Source: Octopus sinensis
Taxonomy: Eukaryota
Length of the DNA stretch: 64,000 nucleotides
Assembly (NCBI RefSeq): GCF_006345805.1
Contig: NC_043011.1
Coordinates: forward strand, 372,001 to 436,000
Direction: 5' to 3'
Shown: positions 1 to 11,960 of the stretch, piece by piece
Layout of the letters: each line of letters starts with the position of its first letter
How positions within the stretch are numbered: position 1 is the first letter of the stretch
Notes under the pieces: generated by a model
Database searches by the model: none
What the model saw: only the letters and a program-made list of their open reading frames with translations
Told to the model about the DNA's origin: nothing
Program-made: the position numbers and the translations under genes

Positions 1-80
1 GAAGCATCGACGCTTCGACACATTTCCTGTGTCCTTATTACAGGAAATGTGTCGAAGCTGATAGGAAGCGTCGATGCTTC
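1..80. repeat. Fold-back hairpin, truncated by the window edge
   Basis: 12-30 GCTTCGACACATTTCCTGT is the reverse complement of 40-58, and 1-16 is the reverse complement of 65-80. Confidence 0.85.
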
Positions 81-249
81 CTAGGGCTAAACAGCGGTGG
101 TGTAATCCCCTACTGTCATGTTAAGTTGACAGTATACAACCACTCTATCGCCCCACCACCGTACATATCTCTATGAGATATTTAGAAATTTAATATTTCT
201 AATTTCGAATTAAACGCAGATCAAATAGATGGTATTGTGAAGAAAACTT

Positions 250-456
250 ATAGTCCAAGTCTCCCCCTCTGTGGGTAACCAAAGGTAGGTTTCTCTCCCC
301 AAGTGAAAGGAAGATTGTATGATGCACGTATTCAGACAGCAGTTCTCCTTGGTCATGAGATGTGGGTCTTGAATGCAGAGGACGTGCAAAGGCCAGAGAG
401 GAATGAAGCTAGCATACTCTGCTGGATGTATAACGTAAGTGTACATGTTAGGCGTA
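250..456 (+). mobile_element. RTE-type LINE C-terminal fragment
   Basis: Translates to VKGRLYDARIQTAVLLGHEMWVLNAEDVQRPERNEASILCWM, matching the RTE post-RT motif (lY..ETW.l...d..rL...E..mLRw). Confidence 0.6.
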
Positions 457-663
457 AGAAGAATTAGATTCAGTTTGCAAGAGAGAAGACTGCTGGTACT
501 TATACTGAACTGTTAAGTTGCAGAAATTTGAAGAAACCAACACTGGTTGTCAAGTGTTATATAGTCTATCTTTCACTTTGAGCAAGAATATCTTTGCTGC
601 CAGCAGAGCGGTAATAGCTATCTGATTTTTACTCAAACCTTTCTTACCCTGACTACTACTTTC

Positions 664-1098
664 GGATCTTTTCGGTTTGAACGGCAGCTTTTTCTTGCGG
701 TATCATATGAAATTGTCATCCATAATTATGACTGACCCTAGTATCGATCTATTGCATTTCAATCTGTTTTAGGGTTAGGGTTAGTTAGGGTTAGGGGTGG
801 GGGAAGGGTATTTTTTTTTCTTCACAAATGTAAATAAACCCAATCTGTTTCTTAAACGAGGGACATATTCATACGGCACGGAATGTTTTTTTTTTTACCT
901 CAATAGACATCAGTGATTGGTTGAAATTGCAGAAATTGAAGAAAAAAAACAACAAATATCTTACAAACTATAGAATTTTCTTAATAAAGCCAAGAGAAAA
1001 AGATGTTTTATAAACACATTCTACCAGTATACGAAGTTTAAAATTTTTTAGTTGCCTAGAAATTATGTTAAAAACTACCGTTCAAACCGAAAAGATCC
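664..1098 (+). mobile_element. hAT-type MITE with internal TTAGGG repeats (copy 1)
   Basis: TIRs GGATCTTTTCGGTTTGAACGG / CCGTTCAAACCGAAAAGATCC; 8-bp TSD ctactttc/ctacttcc; four copies in the window. Confidence 0.9.
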
Positions 1099-1408
1099 CT
1101 ACTTCCTGAATAGCTATTTCCCCTGCTAATTATATCACCTATATAACAGAAGCTATTAATTACGAACAATGAGCCAGCTAGGCATTTAAAAGACTCTACT
1201 TCCAGCATGATTTTAATGCATATTGCTCCCTGCATCAGCTGTTAGTCTATCTGCGATGCCACTTCGTCTCCTGTATGTCCATAGTTTACATTGGGTACAG
1301 CATACAGAATTTATACCAACCTCTTTTCTTCAAACTGGCTGTTTCTCTGATGGTACCAGGGTGCAGGTTTCTTTCCTACACACTAACTATATCTTGCATT
1401 GTGTACAT

Positions 1409-1587
1409 CAGTGCTTTTCAAACTTTTTGCTGGAGCGGAACCCCAAGGAAACATTCCACTGGCTCAAGGAACCCCTGTGCAATAATTTAATTGTCTTATG
1501 CACACATATTTGCACAGGAGAATTAAAAATTACTGCCGATTTTAGCAGTTTTGTAACTTCTTGCGGAACCCTGGTTGAAAACCACTG
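1409..1587. mobile_element. Charlie-like hAT MITE
   Basis: TIRs CAGTGCTTTTCAA / TTGAAAACCACTG; 8-bp TSD gtgtacat/gtctacat. Confidence 0.8.
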
Positions 1588-1694
1588 GTCTACATGATCA
1601 GTTTCTGAATCTTTCAGGCGTCTACTGGAACGATGCACTTTTCCCAATTTGCAACATGAGTTCTGACTTTGGGATCTAGAAAATAATTGGTAGC

Positions 1695-1990
1695 AAGTTT
1701 TCTTGATGTTACTTTGAAATTAAATACCAGTTGCTTTAATCCTGTCCATAAACCTAATAATAATTTACATTGTGTAAATAAATCCCTGTAGAAGCATAAT
1801 CAATTTTATACTTAGAGATGTTTTTAATAGAATATCGAAATCATACGTCAATGAAGAAACTTTTAAACAATAAGCTAATTACTATAACATGGTTCTAAAC
1901 AGCCAGATATAAAAAGAAATTAGACATACTCTAGACGTAAATAACCCACCCACTATAGGAAAAAAATACAAGGTAGGAAACACAGATAAG
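1695..1990 (+). mobile_element. Degenerate Penelope-like RT-thumb fragment
   Basis: FLDVTLKLNTSCFNPVHKPNNNL...NRISK..NEETFK..NYYN parallels the same region in the 46-47 kb and 61.4 kb PLEs. Confidence 0.6.
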
Positions 1991-2116
1991 GGGAGGGAAT
2001 TATTTAAGGATGTTGGCTGTTGTTATTTCCCTTGCATCGTCTATCAGTGCATGTTCCGTACTGGCTATATGTAGTGCGTGTATGTATATAGCGCACAGGT
2101 ACACACACATGCTAAA

Positions 2117-2198
2117 ATCAGAGAGAGAGACTGACAGACACTCGTGCGTGTGCACTCGCACACGCACGAGTGTCTGTCAGTTTCTCTCTCTCTCTGAT
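2117..2198. repeat. Near-perfect hairpin at the 5' junction of Tx1 copy A
   Basis: ATCA(GA)nCTGACAGACACTCGTGCGTGTGC, loop ACTC (2154-2157), then its reverse complement. Confidence 0.9.
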
Positions 2199-4142
2199 CG
2201 GTCGTGTTATTCTTTGCTCCGCAGTGAAAGATTGTTTTTGTGCTGAAAAGTTTGAAAATTTGCTGTTTTGATCGTCGAGGCCACTTCTTTTCTGCTGTTG
2301 CAGCAGAGTTTTGCTGTTTTTTCCCCCTTGTTTCAAGGGGGGAAGCGACGAAAAACATGAATTTGCCACCAATTTCCTCCGAGTCGGAGGAAAACGTTGA
2401 AAATTTGTTTGAAGGCATGAAGGCGAAAATGTGGGAGGAGGAAGGTAAAAGTAAAGAGGCGAATATGTGGGAGGAGGAAGGTAAAAGTAGAGAGGCGTCT
2501 CACGCGAGCGTTGCAAAAGCAGACGACAATATGTCTAGCGAAGCTACTACACAACAGGAAAAGTCAAAAATAAATTTTGCGAGTGCAGCAACTCGCCCCT
2601 GTAATAATATAGTTATAAACAAGGAAGAATTAAAGAAGTACCAAAGTTTATTAAAAAAAGAAGGTGATAATGTGAAGTTGTTCCCTCCCAGTGAATTAAT
2701 TTACGCGACGGAGAGAAAAACTGTCATATACAAGACATATAAGGACCGGTGAAAATGCTTGGAATCTGGTTAGGTCCAGGTCTCCAGATAGAGAAGAACT
2801 GGAGCGAGGTGGCGAGAAAGGTGGCTCTCCTAACTCAGAGCTGGTCTGAGCGGAAGCTGTCCTTGAAAGGGAGGGCGGAGGTTGCAGAGGTGTTTATCGC
2901 CTCTGTAATCACTTACCGCCTGACCGTCGTGCCTTGCCCCGATTCGTGGCTGAACAAACTGGAACGCATGCTCTTTCGCTTTTTGTGGAGGGGCAGCAGA
3001 CCTCTTGTAAGGCGTTCTATTTGCTGCCAAAAGCCGCTGAAGGGTGGGTTAGGGATGCCGTGGCTAAAAATGCGCAGACATGCACTCAGGCTTAGGCACC
3101 TCTGGCTTTACCTGGACGGTGAGCAGGTGTGGTCTCCGTTCGTCAAGCTGTTATTTCCACAGTTCACATCGTTTAACGAACTGAACCCATGGATCAAGTG
3201 TAGACCGAGGTCGGGCATGTGGCATGCAGAGTGCCATCAGGTACTCGTGCTTCTCTCCCAGTCGGGCAACGCCGGTGGCGGGGGTACTACCTCGTTCTTC
3301 AATAGAGGGTTAGTAGAGTTTAAGTGTGACGACGTCCTGGGAGAAACCCTGGGCTTCGACGAAAATCAACTGGCCAGCCTGTTCCAAAGAACATTCGGTC
3401 CGGGGCCTATGGATAATTACCAAAAGTCCCTGGCCTGGCAATGTTACAGAGGAGTTTTACCGGTTCGAGATAAGCTCTTTAGACATGGGTGTGCACCTTC
3501 GCCGGTTTGTGCAAGATGTGAGAGGGACAGTGAAACTGTCCTGCACGAGATTGTGCAATGCCCCAAGGTGACTGAACTCTGGGCTTATGTCGAACACCTG
3601 CTTTCGCATTCGAGAAGAGTACAACTGTCGAGCGAATCTGTAATTTAGATAGTTCCGCCGACCTGAATAGGGAGGAGCGAGCCTGTTTTCTCTCGGTAGT
3701 TGCTATGGCGAAAGAAGTAGTGTGGAAGACGAGATTAAAAGGAATTGCAACAGGCATGTTTATCTCCAGTCTCGGGCTAATCGACTTTTTCGTTTTCCAC
3801 ATGAAACGGAAAATAAGGCTTGAGAAGAAATGCCTGTCGCAAAGTGTGTTTCGTAAAAGATGGAAGTATATAGCAAGTATGTTGCGAGTGAAAGAACCTG
3901 TTTAATCAAGAATGTAAAAAAAGGAGAAATCAAAGTCTTCAGTGTGAGTATGTGGTTTGTGGGGTCAACCGCGTCCTCCGCTTCATTTTTTGTTATTCAC
4001 TCATTCTCATTTAATTGTATATATTTTAATTGTTTGTTTATTCATACGTTTCCTCTCATTCGATACCCTGAACCCAATGTTTGTTTTGTCTGTCCCCGTA
4101 TTGTCCCCTCTGTTTCTCAACCTTATGGTGAATAAAGAAATA
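2196..4142 (+). mobile_element. Tx1/L1-clade LINE copy A, internally deleted (ORF1 N-terminus joined to ORF2 C-terminus)
   Basis: ORF 2240-2752 shares NFA.AA...IN.EE..K...KKEG with ORF1 at 26212-26652; ORF 2749-3648 parallels ORF2 at 20993-22048 including the CxxC..ET..H..xxC finger; AATAAA 3' end; (CT)n on both sides. Confidence 0.85.
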
Positions 4143-4353
<211 letters not shown>

Positions 4354-4766
4354 TTCAGTTTGAATGGCAGTTTTTAACATAATTTCTAGGTAACTAAAAA
4401 ATTTTAAACTTCGTATACTGGTAGAATGTGTTTATAAAACATCTTTTTCTCTTCGCTTTATTGAGAAAATTCTATAGTTTGCAAGATAGTTTTTTTCTTC
4501 AATTTCTGCAATTTCAACCAATCAATGACGTCCATTGAGGTAAAAAACATTCTGTGCCGTATGAATATGTCCTCGTTTAAGAAACATATTGGGTTTATTT
4601 ACATTTGTAAAGAAAGAAGATACCCTTCCCCCCACCCCTAACCCCACCCCTAACCCTAACCCTAAAATAGATTGAAATGCAATAGATCGATACTAGTATC
4701 ATAATTATGGGTGACAATTTCATATGACACCGCTAGAAAAAACTGCCGTTCAAACCGAAAAGATCC
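4354..4766 (-). mobile_element. TTAGGG-carrying hAT MITE (copy 2, left TIR eroded)
   Basis: Homologous to 664-1098 in the opposite orientation; ends AAACCGAAAAGATCC. Confidence 0.9.
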
Positions 4767-4999
4767 AATGGTTGCACGACCAATCGAAAACCTTCTTGGA
4801 AAGAATACCCAAGCTTGTGGACCACTAGACCAAGTGCATCAAAAACGAAGGAGACTCTATAGAAAAATGACGTACTTGCTTATCTCCTGCTTTTGTGTAA
4901 CTACATTGGAAAAACAAGAGTGAATATAATTTTTGACTTACCCTCGTATATCTATATATCTATATCCATATATATGTGTGTGAATTTGTGTTGCTAGAT

Positions 5000-5935
5000 T
5001 AGATGTGAAGTTGTGTGTTCAAACAGATATTGTATTTCGGGATGGTTATTTGTTATTTTTTATTTTTGCCAAATGAACACACGGACTATATATGCGTTTT
5101 TTACTCATTTATTACTGTTCTTCTTCTAATTCATGTCCATTGTCCGGAAATTTTTTGTCATACATCTCTGACCTCTTCAGCGACACTTTCCGTCTTCGCG
5201 TGTGCTCTTGCTCTGCTCTCCTACGATGTGTATCCTTATATGCACATGTGTGTGTGTGTGTGTGTGTCATTGTTCTTGGCAGCACTATAACTATCCCCTC
5301 AACGTTGAACTCCTTCCCCGTTGTCGCTGGTGCTGCCCTTGAACCCGACTTTCTGTCCGTTCTTGTAACTCACTGTGTGTTCGCCCACGCTGCTGCCATC
5401 ATGGTAGATGTTGATGCCATTGTGGTTAGTCGTGTTGTTGATATTGTTGCGGCCGTCTGTGAAGTTACCGTATGTGTGTTTGTGCGTGTATAATAGGTTT
5501 GCTTCCTATGTTGTTTGTATCATGTCCTTTTATACATTTTTTTAATGTCTCTAATTCTTTGATATTTATCTTAGGTATGTGTATACATGTCTATTGTATT
5601 ATTATACCGTTTTTCTTCCTTTAGTGTGGTGTTGTGGTGGGTATTATTGTTCCATTCGGGTTTTCTGTTGAGGCTCGGTCTGTCTATTATGAGTGTAGCC
5701 TCTGTGTTGTGTCAGTTCTATGCGTTGAGAATACTTTGACCTCTATGCTATTGACTGAGCCTCTATGTTCTGCTAAAGCATGTTGGTAGAGCACTGATGA
5801 GCCTTTCTCTTCTTTGAGCTCTCCTACGCTGCGTGCTGTCTCTTCATTGTAAGTATTTTTCATGCTTCTACACTGTCCCTCAGTGCATCACAAGTTATGC
5901 ACTATCCTACTAATCTTAGAGTCAACCTGTGGGTT
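5000..5935 (-). mobile_element. PLE GIY-YIG C-terminus and 3' pseudo-LTR
   Basis: Minus strand reads Y(N)EETARS...SSVLYQHALAEH...IEVKV...PSLNRKPEWNN, followed by a tail containing an HHR relic. Confidence 0.7.
5141..5185 (-). ncRNA. Degenerate hammerhead ribozyme
   Basis: TGTCG-CTGAAGA-GGTCA/TGAC; GAAA segment mutated to AAAAAA; TTTC then CGGACA (stem I with a bulge). Confidence 0.45.
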
Positions 5936-7990
5936 CATCCTACATACAATACATTTGCTCTCCGTACATGGAGACCTCTCGGAGGGATAAGTTCTACCCC
6001 AGTTGTTTCTGCTCCACTAGATCGGTAAGTTGTAGACCCCCTACTATAACTTCTATAGCCAAGAAGACCCCAAGAGAGGGAAGTAATGGGTGAACCAGAG
6101 TTATACGGACCCCCGAAAATGATGATCAGGTTACAAAGACGGTCGCACATGCGGCAGGTGCGAGTACCAAGATCATACTCAAGGTCCACATATTTAAGTT
6201 TAATAACAAGATCTACACCCAAGAGGAAGGTGCAGCTATCGGCGTCAGTAAAGCTGGCGATGTGGCTAACCTATTTATGGTATGGTGGGATAGGAGACTC
6301 AAAGATAAATTATAAGAGAACTCCATAACCCTAACTATGTACTCCCGCTATGTGGATGATATCAACATAGTAGCCAAAGCACCCCTACAAAACAATGTCG
6401 ATGATCCAGAAGCTAACACTATGGAGATCATCCAGCAAATAGCTAACTCCATCCACCAGAGTATTAAAGTAATGATAGACTGCCCTAACAAGCACTCCAA
6501 CTTTAGGCTACCAGTTTTAGACATGGAACTCTGGTTTAGAAACCAAGAACAATACGGTCCAAATCCGTCACTCATGTAGCGCTTAGTGAAATATATTATC
6601 TCTCTTTGAGAGATATATTACAAATGCGGACGTGGCGTATAACAGCTTTAGGCCCAGTTGTGTCCGCTGCTCTGATTGGTTGGTTTTGGTTCAGTTTTGT
6701 CTCTTGCTTTATTTCGCGCCAATGTGTAAACCAACCAATCGCAGCCTTCTAATAAGGTCCCGTGTCACAGTCTTCTAGGTTTTCTCTGGAGCCTCTAGAT
6801 TGTTATAAAACCCAGCGATTCATTGAATCGCTTGTCTTTGGTTCTAGTCCTTCTAAGGATTAGCCTCTGACCACAGAGCGACTCAACCAGTTCCAGTGAC
6901 AGACAGCGACCGCGTCACCAACACCACCAGCAGCATTTCAGGACCCTTATCCACCGTCGTCTTCACCAATACGTACACAGCAACATCGCCCAGGTTTACT
7001 TCACGCTGTTTGTGAATACTCACCAAGGTTAACAGCTAGCTCTGCCTGCGAGAACCTTCTGTAGCAAGCAACCAGGCACAGCATAGAAGCCACAACTTCT
7101 ACACACGTAGTAACCGGCTCTGCAATTTGTAGCCTCAACCTCTTTGTACAGAACTAACTATTGTGTAACTTACTACGAACTGGTATTTATCTTCATTTGT
7201 GTCTGATCTACTTGTAGCGTCCTGAGAGGCTCATTCTATGCTCTGTATTTTATCTCACACGCATACACCTTTGTTTGTACACACACATTATTGTATGCAT
7301 TGACAGCCTATCTTATTATTGTTCTTTATTATATATGTACTTATGACACGGACACACAGACACATTATTCTATACTTGACGGCCATGTCTATTATTATTA
7401 TTATTATGTACACACTATAACGCACACACGTACACAGACACTTTGCTACACACATGTCAACACCGGAATAAAACCTTTCTCTTAAACATATCGGTTGTGT
7501 CGTCTTCTCTCTTATTCTTTTGGCACTTATTTCATTTATCTATATTTTGGCTTTTGTTGTGGGGCGACCGTGCGGTGTTTAACAGGAGACATTCATTCGT
7601 CACCATCTTTCGCACGGTCGTTCTACACTCACATTATGTCAAACCCATGACCTCTAAAATACCATGTCCACAAGAACACAGCCATGGAGGACAATGCCAA
7701 GTTCAATATTCTTTTAGCTGACTTGGTGAGAGTGATGAGGAATGTGTGACCCTCTGGAATTGGAAAACCACATACAATACTTCATCCACCGCCTGCAGTT
7801 TTCTGGCGACAACCAAAAGGACAGGATTAGAGTGAACAAAGGAACTAGGGCTAAGCCCAAAGCCATCATAGAGAGTGATGCAAAGGGGATCTGCCATTAT
7901 ACAGGAGTAAATCCCAGAACAGCACAGAAAGGCCCAGAAAAAAGATGTTATGTATTCTTTTGGTTCGTGTTGGGACAATAAACAACGCAT
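5936..7990 (+). mobile_element. PLE reverse transcriptase fragment interrupted by a solo LTR
   Basis: FKFNNKIYTQEEGAAIG..AGDVANLFMVWWD, YSRYVDDI and LPVLDM; the reading QIRHS|HYVKPM resumes after the LTR. Confidence 0.8.
6575..7627 (+). mobile_element. Solo LTR (Ty3/Gypsy-like)
   Basis: TGTAG...CTACA termini; 4-bp TSD CTCA at 6571-6574 and 7628-7631; internal TATAAAA and AATAAA; related to 8252-9234. Confidence 0.9.
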
Positions 7991-8251
7991 TGGAGGTCTT
8001 ATATGATTCTACGTGTTTATTTACTTGGCACGTTTACAAACTGTATATGTATAGCGGAGTGATACATATTGTGCGTATCCGCTTTAGTTACAATTCATAC
8101 TGTTTACCAGATGCGCTTAACAAAATAGTACTAATTGTGGGGATGTATTCATATATACGTATACCTATGCATACACATAGATATGAACATATAACAAAAG
8201 ATGGATAAGGCCAACTCATGGTATGACAACAAAAAATACCAGTGTCATATT

Positions 8252-9234
8252 TGTAGCGTACGCTTAGGGAAATTCCTCTCTTTCTACACAAATATATATA
8301 CACAAATATGGATGTAGTAAATAACAGCTAGCCTTCGGCCGCCCTTTTGGACCTTGTTGTGTCCACTACTCTGATTGTTGGTATTGGTGCAGTTTGTCTC
8401 TTGCTCTATTGCGCGCCAATATCCAACCCAACCAATCGCAGCCTTCTGACAAGGTCACGTAAGAAGCCTCTTCCAAACTTCCGGTGAGCCGATAACACAG
8501 TATAAAACGCTAGCTTCACACCGAATCGAGGTCTTTCGGTTCCAGACCTCTTAAGGTCTAGCCACTGACCACAGAGCACACAGCCAGTTCCAGCGACAAT
8601 ACAACAGCAGTCACATGGAGACACATCAACTTCGTCCAGCAGCATTCAGGATCTCCATCTCTCTCGCTTCCGTCTTCTTAACATCGTCAACAACATCTCT
8701 CTACGTACACAGCAATCAGAAACACTCGCACAGGTTCTATCTCAACACTGTTCGTGAATTACTTCACCGTGGCTAACAGCAAACACAATCTGCGAGAACC
8801 TTCTGTACCAAGTAACCGGCTCTGCATAGTAACCACAGCTTCACGCACGACATGTGCCTCAACTTGCTCTGCATTGCAGCCTCAACTTCTTGTTACAGCA
8901 CTTCAACTATCGTGTACCTTGACTACGAACTGGTATTTATCATCCTTGTGTCTGAACATTCTTCTAACGTCATATTATATCTTTCAATGCACTGTACTTA
9001 ATGCACACACATATACTTTGTACACATGACGGCCTGTCTATTATTATGGTATATATGACGCATACACACACATGTTAACATATAAATAAAATCTCTTAAA
9101 CATTCTTCTCGGTTGTGTCCCTCTTCTCCTTCTGGCACTTATACGCATTTATTCTTTTTCAGATTTATTGTATCGACCGTGCTATGTACTAAAGGAGCCA
9201 TTCTCGTCACCTCTCCTTCGCACGGTCGTTTACA
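8252..9234 (+). mobile_element. Solo LTR, same family group as 6575-7627
   Basis: TGTAG...TTACA termini; shares blocks CCAACCAATCGCAGCCTTCT, ACTACGAACTGGTATTTATC and CGCACGGTCG. Confidence 0.8.
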
Positions 9235-9237
9235 AAT

Positions 9238-9377
9238 AATACCAACCAATCAGAATAGTGGACACAACAGGGTACAAAAGGGCGGCCGAAGGCTAGCTGT
9301 TATTTACTACGTCCGTACTTATGTATATATAACAGAGAGAGAGAGAGAGAGAGTAATTTCCCTAAGCGTACGCTACA
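9238..9377 (-). mobile_element. Inverted 5' fragment of the same LTR family
   Basis: Diverged reverse complement of about 8252-8385; ends CTACA. Confidence 0.85.
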
Positions 9378-9439
9378 GATAGCCCGCCACCAGTTATTTT
9401 GTGGAAGACAAAATAGACGATAATAAAAGTAGACATGTC

Positions 9440-9607
9440 TGTAGCGAAGAGGTGGGTTTTGAAAGAACGGTTGTCACCAATTTGTAGACGTCCGTGTGAA
9501 CGTCGGGCTGCGTGTTCGAAACACGTCGGGGTCACCATATTGTAATCGACCGTGTGGTGTACTAAAGGAGCCATTCTCATCATCTCTTCTTCGCACAGTC
9601 GTCAACA
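9440..9607 (+). mobile_element. Short LTR-end derivative
   Basis: Starts TGTAGCG; its 3' part matches 9174-9234 (TCGACCGTG..GTACTAAAGGAGCCATTCTC..TTCGCAC.GTCG). Confidence 0.55.
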
Positions 9608-9692
9608 TGCGAACTAGCATACCTTTTCAGAAAAAAAACATTAGATAAGGCCAATCTATGGATTAAAGTAGTAGAAAGGCTTGGTATGGTAC

Positions 9693-10620
9693 CAGCCACG
9701 TAGCCAGCCTGTTGTAACTGGGGTGGGGGTGTATCTTGATAGCTGGGGGTGCTGAACAGAACTCTAAAAACAGTATTGTTTATAAAATTTGATTATATCT
9801 TTCAAGAAAATTCACAACACGAAATAATAAAATTAAGATACATTTATTTAATACAACTGCAATCTACGGCAACGCAGCGCAAAAAAATTAAGAAAATCGT
9901 CTTTGTCTATACTTGATTTGTGTTTACTAAGGGAAGCAATTATCATGAGGTTTGATTTTCGTTGGTGCTTTATCTTTCGTCGAAAGGGTGTCATAATTCG
10001 AGTTAGCGTCGAAAACGATGACTCACATGTGACTGTGCTAGATCCAAATGTTAATGCTGCACCATTTTATAGATAAACATTTGGAAAGGCAACATGTATG
10101 ATACGTAAAGGTCCAAAAATATCTAACAGTGTCATCATATTTTGTTTGGAAATGTATGTTTCAGCCACAGTAAGTATAGACAGCAAGGCTAATTTATCGT
10201 AATTAACTAAACTGCTCAAAGCATCAAAATCCAAAAATGTATCGGACATCGGTAGTAAACTTGCCAAGGAAGAATATATGCTGTCGTTTTGCTCTGAAAA
10301 TCTATTATCTAGCTCTACCAAGCTTTCGTCGAGGATCAAGAAATAAATTTTGCGGTGAAAGATTATCCAGTCATCTTGTGATAGTACCAGGGCTTCAACA
10401 ACATAATCTGGAAAATGTTGGGACACGCAAATTTTTTGATGCATGTGTTCCTCAATAACATTAAATTGACTCATTTGTCCCAGAATCTCATCAAATATTA
10501 AAGAGTCTCTCAGTTTGGTTATTTCACTCTTGGCAACCTTAAGCCCAAGGCCATGGTGTTTATCACAATTGTGACCCTGAAGCTGTTTGTCTACTGGTCT
10601 AATTATATGCAGACATTTGC
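9693..10620 (-). mobile_element. hAT (ZMYM1-like) transposase remnant
   Basis: ORF 10067-10474 followed by a frame reading LTFGSSTVTCESSFSTLTRI (hAT dimerisation motif); TIR-like CAGCCACGTAGCCAG at 9693. Confidence 0.65.
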
Positions 10621-10752
10621 TAAGAACAAGGGCTAGAAAAACAAATCAATATTTTTTCAATCAATAAGCATATAAATTGTATACTTATCTTTTCGAAGAT
10701 ATTTAAAAACTAACAACGTATTACTTAGCATTCTTAAATTTACACGTGAAAA

Positions 10753-10838
10753 AAGTACATATGTTTATTATCAAATTCAATATCGAACTTATCAAGTACA
10801 TATGTTTATTATCAAATTCAATATCGAACTTATCAAGT
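10753..10838. repeat. 41-bp tandem duplication
   Basis: AAGTACATATGTTTATTATCAAATTCAATATCGAACTTATC occurs twice, starting at 10753 and 10794. Confidence 0.9.
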
Positions 10839-10974
10839 GGCCCGCATGGGAATAAAAACCTTCGAATTATTATTAAGATTATAATTTACGATATCTAAGC
10901 GATACCACCATGCTTGAAATAGCAGCCAAAACTTTACTCTAAAACTACATTAAAAGTTCATACAGCAAGAAGTC

Positions 10975-11635
10975 TTCTAGTGGACGTGATCTTGGCATTA
11001 TTGTAAACAACGATTTGCGTTGGACAAACCACATCTCTAAGATTGTTAAGAAGGCTGACGGAGTGCTAGCATCACTCAATAAAACCTTTGTCAGCTATTT
11101 ATTTGTCCAGCTATTTATTTAAAATTGTATACGACAATGGTACGTCCATACCTGGAATTTGCACCACCAGTTTGGAACCCATATCTTGCTCAGCATATAA
11201 ATCTCCTGGAAACTGTTCAGAAATGTGCAACAAAGCAAATACCCGCCGTCAGACATCTACCATACTCTGAACGTCTTGCTTTCCTGGGCATGGATACATT
11301 GAAGCTCAGACGTCTGCCAACTGACTTGATAAACACCCACAAGATTATCCACCATCTTTCCAACAACAACCTTGAGCACCTTTATGAATTCCATAAGACA
11401 ACCACTCGTGAACATGCTTATAAAATCAAAAAACTACACAGCACTCATGACTTTCTGAAACATATTAAAACGTTCAGAATTGCTGAAACTTGGAATAAAC
11501 TACTCGCACCAGTTGTTAGCTGTCGAGACACTACATCTTTCAAAACTTCCATGCTTCCTGAAATCCGCCAACAGTATACCTGATGGCCTTTTTTTAGGTG
11601 GAGTGCACCTGAGCACTGTATACAATAATTTCCTC
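10975..11635 (+). mobile_element. CR1/L2-group LINE 3' fragment
   Basis: DLGIIVNNDLRWTNHI...VRPYLEFAPPVWNPY...LETVQK...YSERL. Confidence 0.8.
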
Positions 11636-11636
11636 C

Positions 11637-11670
<34 letters not shown>

Positions 11671-11674
11671 ATGA

Positions 11675-11855
11675 TAGATCGTTAGCCACTACACACATTT
11701 TTTTTCTCTCCTTGTTTTTTCTGTGTACCTTTCTGTAGAAGAGTGTAGGCTCGAAACGTAAAAGACTTTTTCTATTCCTGAGCATTATACTAATACATCT
11801 GTTTGTTTTGTACACCACCTGTCTTCGTCTTTTGTTTTTTTTCGTAAACTTTCCC
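11675..11855 (+). mobile_element. Short non-coding element carrying an HHR-like motif, flanked by (TA)n
   Basis: Homologous to 51300-51480; contains CTTT-CTGTAGA-A-GAG/CTC-GAAACGT-A-AAAG at 11729-11764. Confidence 0.7.
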
Positions 11856-11929
11856 TATATATATATCCTTATAATCCTTAAAAATGTTTTAGCCCGAAGA
11901 CTGCAGCCATGCTGGGGTACCACCATATA

Positions 11930-11960
<31 letters not shown>

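Noticed and set aside
770-800. TTAGGG repeats as a true telomere or chromosome-fusion scar
   Set aside because: They are a fixed internal part of a four-copy MITE
10753-10838. HHR-like reading on the minus strand (TTGATAA...AAACATATGTA)
   Set aside because: G12 is missing and neither stem I nor stem II pairs convincingly; kept only as a tandem duplication
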